Source: Callorhinchus milii (lineage: Eukaryota). From it: a stretch of 64,000 bases of DNA. The DNA is taken from positions 53,880,001 to 53,944,000 of the forward strand of contig NW_024704743.1 in the NCBI RefSeq assembly GCF_018977255.1. Reading direction: 5' to 3'. Shown here piece after piece: positions 59,501 to 64,000 of this stretch. Made by a program: the position numbers and the translations under genes. Below the pieces are notes generated by a model. That model was not told where the DNA came from and did no database searches. It saw only the letters and a list, made by a program, of their open reading frames with translations. The number at the start of each line of letters is the position of its first letter. Position 1 is the first letter of the stretch.

Positions 59501-62500
59501 TCCATGAAAATTAGCTTTTGCTGTTAATTTATGGTTTAAAATTAAATTTTGCTCTGCTCCTAGTCTTCTGCTTCAGCTTTTTCTTCTTGAGGGTATCTTC
59601 CACATTGTGTATATATGATACAAATTTATATTTATACACTGCCTTTTATCCTGACTTGGGATTTGAGTGGGGGTGGGAAGGGAAAGATGATTCAAAGCAC
59701 AGTCAGAGAGCCAGGTATTGAGATGCACTTTGACCATGGTAAGAGAGGAAGCAAGTCGGAGGAATTCTGGGATGGCTTTCCAAAGGGGGTATATAGACTG
59801 AAAGCCCGACTGCTGTTGGTGGGTTGGTAGAGTGCAGAACATGAAGCAGGCTGAATGATGGGAGTGGTAGGGTTGCTATGGATTGAGGAGGACACCGATA
59901 GTGTGGGGCACGACAAGAGGGATGTAAAGGGAGGATGAAGATCTTGGAGAATCCACTGAGAGATGGCGGAGCCAGATGAGGATGTGGGTGATCGACTTGT
60001 AGAACTTAGTGCAGAAAAGGACACTGGGTACAATGTTCTGGATAGTCTGCAACTTGTGTAGGGAGGTGTTGGGTAGTTCATTGATCAGTGGGTGATAAAT
60101 TCATGGATTAGGGTCTTGGAGCCCTGAGGGGAGAGATGGTGAAGGAGGTTGAGGACAGCTCAGTGGGTCAGAGCATGGATGTGTGGTTTAAAGGACATTT
60201 GGGAATAAAAAAACACTAGTTTTCTACTGGCACTGCGAGGTAGTGTGCATCCATACAGGTTGATATATATTGTACATACCCCAATCTCATTCTGCCTATA
60301 ATTCCACATTGAGGTAATCTTGAGTTTACTCAGTCCTTCAATTGTTAAAGGCTGATAAAATGAGTACTGTACAGGGTCTGTAATTATTCTTTCAGGGAGG
60401 CAGGTCAGAAAGATCTCTCCTGGATCTGCATTAATGCAAGGCAGACTCTGACCTCAGCGAGCCAAAGCCCTAACTGAAAGGGTGCTGGACAGTTGTGTGC
60501 AGAGTGGTTACCTTTTATCCTCAATATCACTGCCTTTGGATTCCAAAAATATAAAATAATCCTTGCATTTGATATAACTTTTCATGTCCGGAGTCTGTCT
60601 CAATGTGCTTTACAGAATTCATGCAAAGTGTAGTGACTATGTTTTTGTAGTTAATCACAGCAGCCAACTTGCACATACCAATGCCCCGGACCCACAATCA
60701 ATCATGAAATGAGTGACTAGTTTTATTTGAGGGTTGTTTAATTAGTAATTTTGCATTTGGTATAGTGCCTTAGCACGTTGAAACTTCTCAAAGCGCTATC
60801 CACATCCAAAGTGTAGTGTCTGTATTTGTACCAGGGGCACAATCCAAGACCTTATTGTCAATGAAAACATTGACATCCTCGCCGAAACCTGGGTTACTCC
60901 AGGCGACACCTTGCCCCTGACAGAGGCCACATCACCCAGCTACACCTTCCATCATACCCCACGACCTAACCGCCGTGGTGGTGGTGTTGCTCTCATCTCC
61001 CAGTCCCCACTCAGCCTATCCCCATGCTCCTCTGGAACCTTCCCTTCCTTTGAGCAACTTACTCTTTGTCACCCCTCCAACCTTTCCCTCAAAATTCTCC
61101 TTATTTATTGCCCTCCCCCACCTTCCTCCCTGACATTTCCACCCTCCTATCTTCCCTCTCCTCTGCTCCAACTACCTCCTCATCCTAAGCAACTTCAACC
61201 TCCACTTCATCCCCTCTTGCTCTACCTCTGCTGACCTCCTCCCTCAACTTCTCCCTCCACATCCACTCCGCCACCCACGTTCATGGTCACCTCAACCTGG
61301 TGATCACTCGGTCCTGACTGTCTCGGTCCTCACCATCATAGAACATTGCACCCAGTGTCCTTTTCTGCACTAAGTTCCATCTCGGACCTCACCCGGACCA
61401 TCACTTAATCTCCCTTAACACCGCCATATCCTTTCCACTTCTGCCTCTGAAAAAATAAACTCCTCCCACTCCCTCTCCGCTGTCCTGGAGTCATGCGAAC
61501 TCCTGCCCCTCTGGCCCTCCTCGATGTCTTCTCCACAACTCCTTCTCCTCCATTCTTGTCTCCTTTGCCCCTCACATCCCCCGAACCGCCTCATATTCCT
61601 GTAAAACTTCCTGGTACACCATCCATCTCTGATCCCTCAAAGAACACATTCGAGCCACCGAATGCACTTGGACCAAATCAAACCTAATGGTGCATCGACA
61701 GATCTGGCTTGACCACACTAAGACTCCCGCTCCGCCCTCACTTTTGTCAAATAATCCTTTGACTCTTAAGATAATATTGGTATCCAGGGACAATCCCAGT
61801 ATCCTCTTCTCCACCACTAACCCATCCCTAATCTCCAGTTACTGCCCATCTCCAACCACCCATTCCTCTCCAATGCCCCTGGAACAAGTCGTCGCATCCC
61901 AGCTTCGCTCTTTCCTCTCCTGCTATTCCCTGTTCTGAACCCCTCCAATCAGGTATCCGCGCTGCCCACAGCATGGAAACAGCCCTGGTCAAAGGCATTC
62001 ACGACATTCTGAACATCTGCGACAAGGACTCTGTCTCCTTGTCCTCCTCGACCACTCCTGCCTTTGATACTGTCGACCACTCTATCCTACACCACCTCTC
62101 CTCAGCTCAACCTTCACAGACCTTGCCTGGTTCGAATCCTACCTCTCCCACCATCTCCACTTTGTCGCCACTAACATCTTCTCCTCCAGCCCCCACACCG
62201 TCATGTGTGGCATTCCTCAGGGCTCTGTCCTTGCTCCCCTCCTTTTCAATATCTGTATGCTCACTCTTGGTGACATCGTCCACAGACATGAGGTCAATTT
62301 CCACATGTATGCGGATGACACCCATCTCTTTCTTCCTCCACCCTTGACTCGAGGACCACTGCTGTCCTCACAGGCAGCCTGTCAGACATCAAGTCCTTGA
62401 TGAAGGCTTACTTCCTGCAGTTGAATGTCAACAAGACCAAGGCCTTCCTGCTTGGCTCTCGTCAGCGCTTCCATACTTCAGGCGCTGACAGCATCTCCTT

Positions 62501-63652
62501 CCATGGAGCCAATACGGAACCTCGGCATCCTGTTTGACCCTCAACTATCCTTCATATCCCACATCCGTGCCATGACCCGCTATGCCTTTCCCACCTCCAC
62601 AACATTGCTCGGCTCTGCTCTGTTTCATACCGCAGGCCGCCAAGACCCTCATATACACATTCATAACATCCAGGCTCGACTAAGCTAACTCCTGCTTGTC
62701 AGCCTCCCCAATTCCTCCCTCTACAGGCTGCAGATCATCCAGAACTCTGCAACCAATGTCCTCCCACACCATGCTCTGTGACCCTATCTTCCCCCATCCT
62801 CGCCCGACTCCACTGGCTTCCCATCACACAAAGGATACAGTTCAAGATCCTGGTCCTCACCTTCAAAGCCCTCCATGGCCTTGCTCCCCCCGCTACCTCT
62901 GCGACCTCCTAACCACTTACCAACCTGTCCGCTCCCTCCGCTCAGCGGGTTCCGGCCTGCTTCACGTCCCCCGCCTTGCCCACCAGGCAAACAACACTGG
63001 ATTCTCTCCAAAAAATGAACACTTTGTGTGATCTTAACTTCTCATGTGAACTTTAATAAGGAAACCTAAGATCTGTTTTAAATGTGACAATGCCTTTTTA
63101 ATGAGATTGCAAAGTATGGTTGTTGAACGTTCATCATCAATGCCCTTAACATTACATCAGTGACCTGAATCACCCAACCTGTTTCAGTAATCAGGTCACC
63201 TCACTAAGTAGGTCACTTTTGTCCAGTCCCTTGAGTAGTGAGGTCCTACTGTACTTTCAATTTATTATTACCTACATACATACTTAATGGAGTCGTGTAT
63301 CTTAGTGATTAGAGCACTTGCCTCCCAAGCGAGAGCCTTGGGTTCGATTCCCAGGCAGGGCAAAACGTTAGGCAAGTTTCCTTATTCCACATACCTCTGT
63401 ACCTAGCAGTAAGTAGTAACCCGGGTGTTAGTCGATTGGCTGATCGCTTTTCCGGGGGTAATGATCCCTTTTTAAAAAAATGATAATTTGGTGACTCAAT
63501 CCACGACTGTGGGACATTGCTGTGCGCAATTGACTTCACTGGTTATACTGTATTTTGTGGGAATACTCTGAATGCTACAGCTTTAACTAATCAATTGTTT
63601 TCATGTAAAAAAAATTTTTCTTAGTTTACAGAAACAACTGACCGATGACTGA
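44561..63652 (+). CDS. CDCA7L: CDCA7L (cell division cycle-associated 7-like, JPO2/R1), full spliced CDS span, 12 coding exons, ~489 aa
   Basis: The exons join in frame across GT-AG introns. Translation gives [12 protein letters not shown]....[75 protein letters not shown] and the zf-4CXXC_R1 domain ending YLESLQKQL. These match my recollection of human CDCA7L rather than CDCA7. Confidence 0.95.
45848..45967 (+). CDS. CDCA7L: CDCA7L exon 2, FxGF-motif exon copy A ([40 protein letters not shown])
   Basis: TTTACAG acceptor, 120 nt open, GTAAGT donor. Homologous to human IPKEVADIFNAPSDDEEFVGF. Confidence 0.88.
47111..47209 (+). CDS. CDCA7L: CDCA7L exon 3, FxGF-motif exon copy B ([33 protein letters not shown])
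   Basis: TTTTCTTCCTCAG acceptor, 99 nt open, GTAAGT donor. Begins IPK like the human exon. Confidence 0.88.
48619..48735 (+). CDS. CDCA7L: CDCA7L exon 4, FxGF-motif exon copy A' ([39 protein letters not shown])
   Basis: TTTTTAACAG acceptor, 117 nt open, GTAAGT donor. 29/39 aa identical to exon 2. Confidence 0.88.
49263..49397 (+). CDS. CDCA7L: CDCA7L exon 5 ([45 protein letters not shown]), second-type FxGF motif
   Basis: CTCTCAG acceptor, 135 nt, GTAAGT donor. Resembles human SKYFTEELRRIFIEDTDSETEDFAGF. Confidence 0.9.
49545..49955 (+). mobile_element. L2 3' end in CDCA7L intron 5
   Basis: [29 protein letters not shown]. Closely similar to 35753-36073. Confidence 0.9.
51486..51770 (+). 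CDS. CDCA7L: CDCA7L exon 6 (acidic tract, [25 protein letters not shown])
   Basis: TTTCTTCCAG acceptor, 285 nt, GTAAGA donor. Lies within ORF 51465-51806. Confidence 0.93.
53240..53314 (+). CDS. CDCA7L: CDCA7L exon 7 ([25 protein letters not shown])
   Basis: TCTTCCAG acceptor, 75 nt, GTAAGT donor. Continues the conserved helix. Confidence 0.92.
53608..53942 (+). mobile_element. young full-length SINE in CDCA7L intron 7
   Basis: Near-identical to 16851-17184, sharing the diagnostic CACACAGAGCC variant. Confidence 0.93.
55254..55439 (+). CDS. CDCA7L: CDCA7L exon 8 ([28 protein letters not shown]...HFVE)
   Basis: TTTATTTCAG acceptor, 186 nt, GTAGGT donor. Confidence 0.92.
55560..55885 (+). 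mobile_element. degenerate CR1 ORF2 fragment in intron 8
   Basis: Remnants of DLGVLVD, KANRI, LYSALVR and [13 protein letters not shown] motifs. Confidence 0.6.
56232..56545 (+). mobile_element. full-length SINE in CDCA7L intron 8
   Basis: Head, core and TAGAA-loop tail. Confidence 0.9.
56657..56785 (+). CDS. CDCA7L: CDCA7L exon 9 ([43 protein letters not shown]), basic NLS-like stretch
   Basis: TTTGACAG acceptor, 129 nt, GTTAGT donor. Confidence 0.92.
57988..58137 (+). CDS. CDCA7L: CDCA7L exon 10, zf-4CXXC_R1 first half ([50 protein letters not shown])
   Basis: TTTTTAG acceptor, 150 nt, GTGAGT donor. Canonical Cys pattern. Confidence 0.97.
59314..59450 (+). CDS. CDCA7L: CDCA7L exon 11, zf-4CXXC_R1 second half ([45 protein letters not shown])
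   Basis: TGTGCAG acceptor, 137 nt, phase-2 GTAAGC donor. Confidence 0.97.
59650..60180 (-). mobile_element. old degenerate L2 3' fragment, antisense in the last intron
   Basis: [18 protein letters not shown] remnants. Confidence 0.65.
60835..62985 (+). mobile_element. L2 LINE ORF2 (APE endonuclease + RT) degenerate copy in the last intron
   Basis: [49 protein letters not shown]. Multiple frameshifts and deletions. Confidence 0.92.
63288..63532 (+). mobile_element. SINE, long subfamily, 3'-truncated, in the last intron
   Basis: Head with GGTTCGATTCC B-box and internal segment. Confidence 0.85.
63625..63652 (+). CDS. CDCA7L: CDCA7L last coding exon ([S]LQKQLTDD*); 3' UTR follows
   Basis: TTTTTCTTAG acceptor completes AG|T (Ser) and gives SLQKQL, like human SLQKEL. 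TGA at 63650-63652. No AATAAA seen before the window end. Confidence 0.88.
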
Positions 63653-64000
63653 AATGCCAGCCATGATCAATTGGATACAATACAAGTGGAGGTTAAATAC
63701 TCAAGGAAACAGTTTATTACAGCTGCTTTCTGCCTTTATTTTCTATGAACCAGAATTTTTGCATAAAAAAGTAGTCTTTAATTTACAAATGTTATTACTA
63801 GAACTTGAAAATAACTAGAAAATCTGTTGTAAAGGATTTTCTCCTAAGCAGCTACCTGTTACTGTAAAAGTTAATTCACACTGAGCCATGCATACAAATG
63901 AGTGAATTTGTGTAAATTGCAAATTGTTTTTTGTTTTATTGAAGAGTATACTTTTATAATGCAAAGCAGCCCGAGTTTACGTGGAATGCAATAATGCTAC

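Overview
Repeat-dense vertebrate genomic DNA. The SINE/L2/CR1 content suggests a cartilaginous fish, probably a chimaera-type genome (inferred from memory of repeat families, not from a search). One protein-coding gene can be reconstructed by hand: CDCA7L (JPO2/R1) on the + strand. It has 12 GT-AG coding exons from ATG 44561 to TGA 63652, about 489 aa, starts in a CpG island at about 43.9-45.3 kb, and ends in a C-terminal zf-4CXXC_R1 domain. The standout observation is that the exon encoding the first FxGF motif (LEDGF IBD-binding / TFIIS-N-terminal-domain-interacting motif) is present as three intact phase-0 tandem copies (45848-45967, 47111-47209, 48619-48735). This gives four FxGF motifs where human CDCA7L has two. 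In the first ~43 kb I found no supportable exons. That region contains tRNA-headed Deu-domain SINEs of several ages, L2 and CR1 LINE fragments, hAT-type non-autonomous DNA transposons, multi-level nested insertions with target-site duplications, an unclassified repeat family, candidate CTCF sites and repeat-free putative enhancer blocks. Nearly all ORFs in the supplied track are spurious or repeat-derived.
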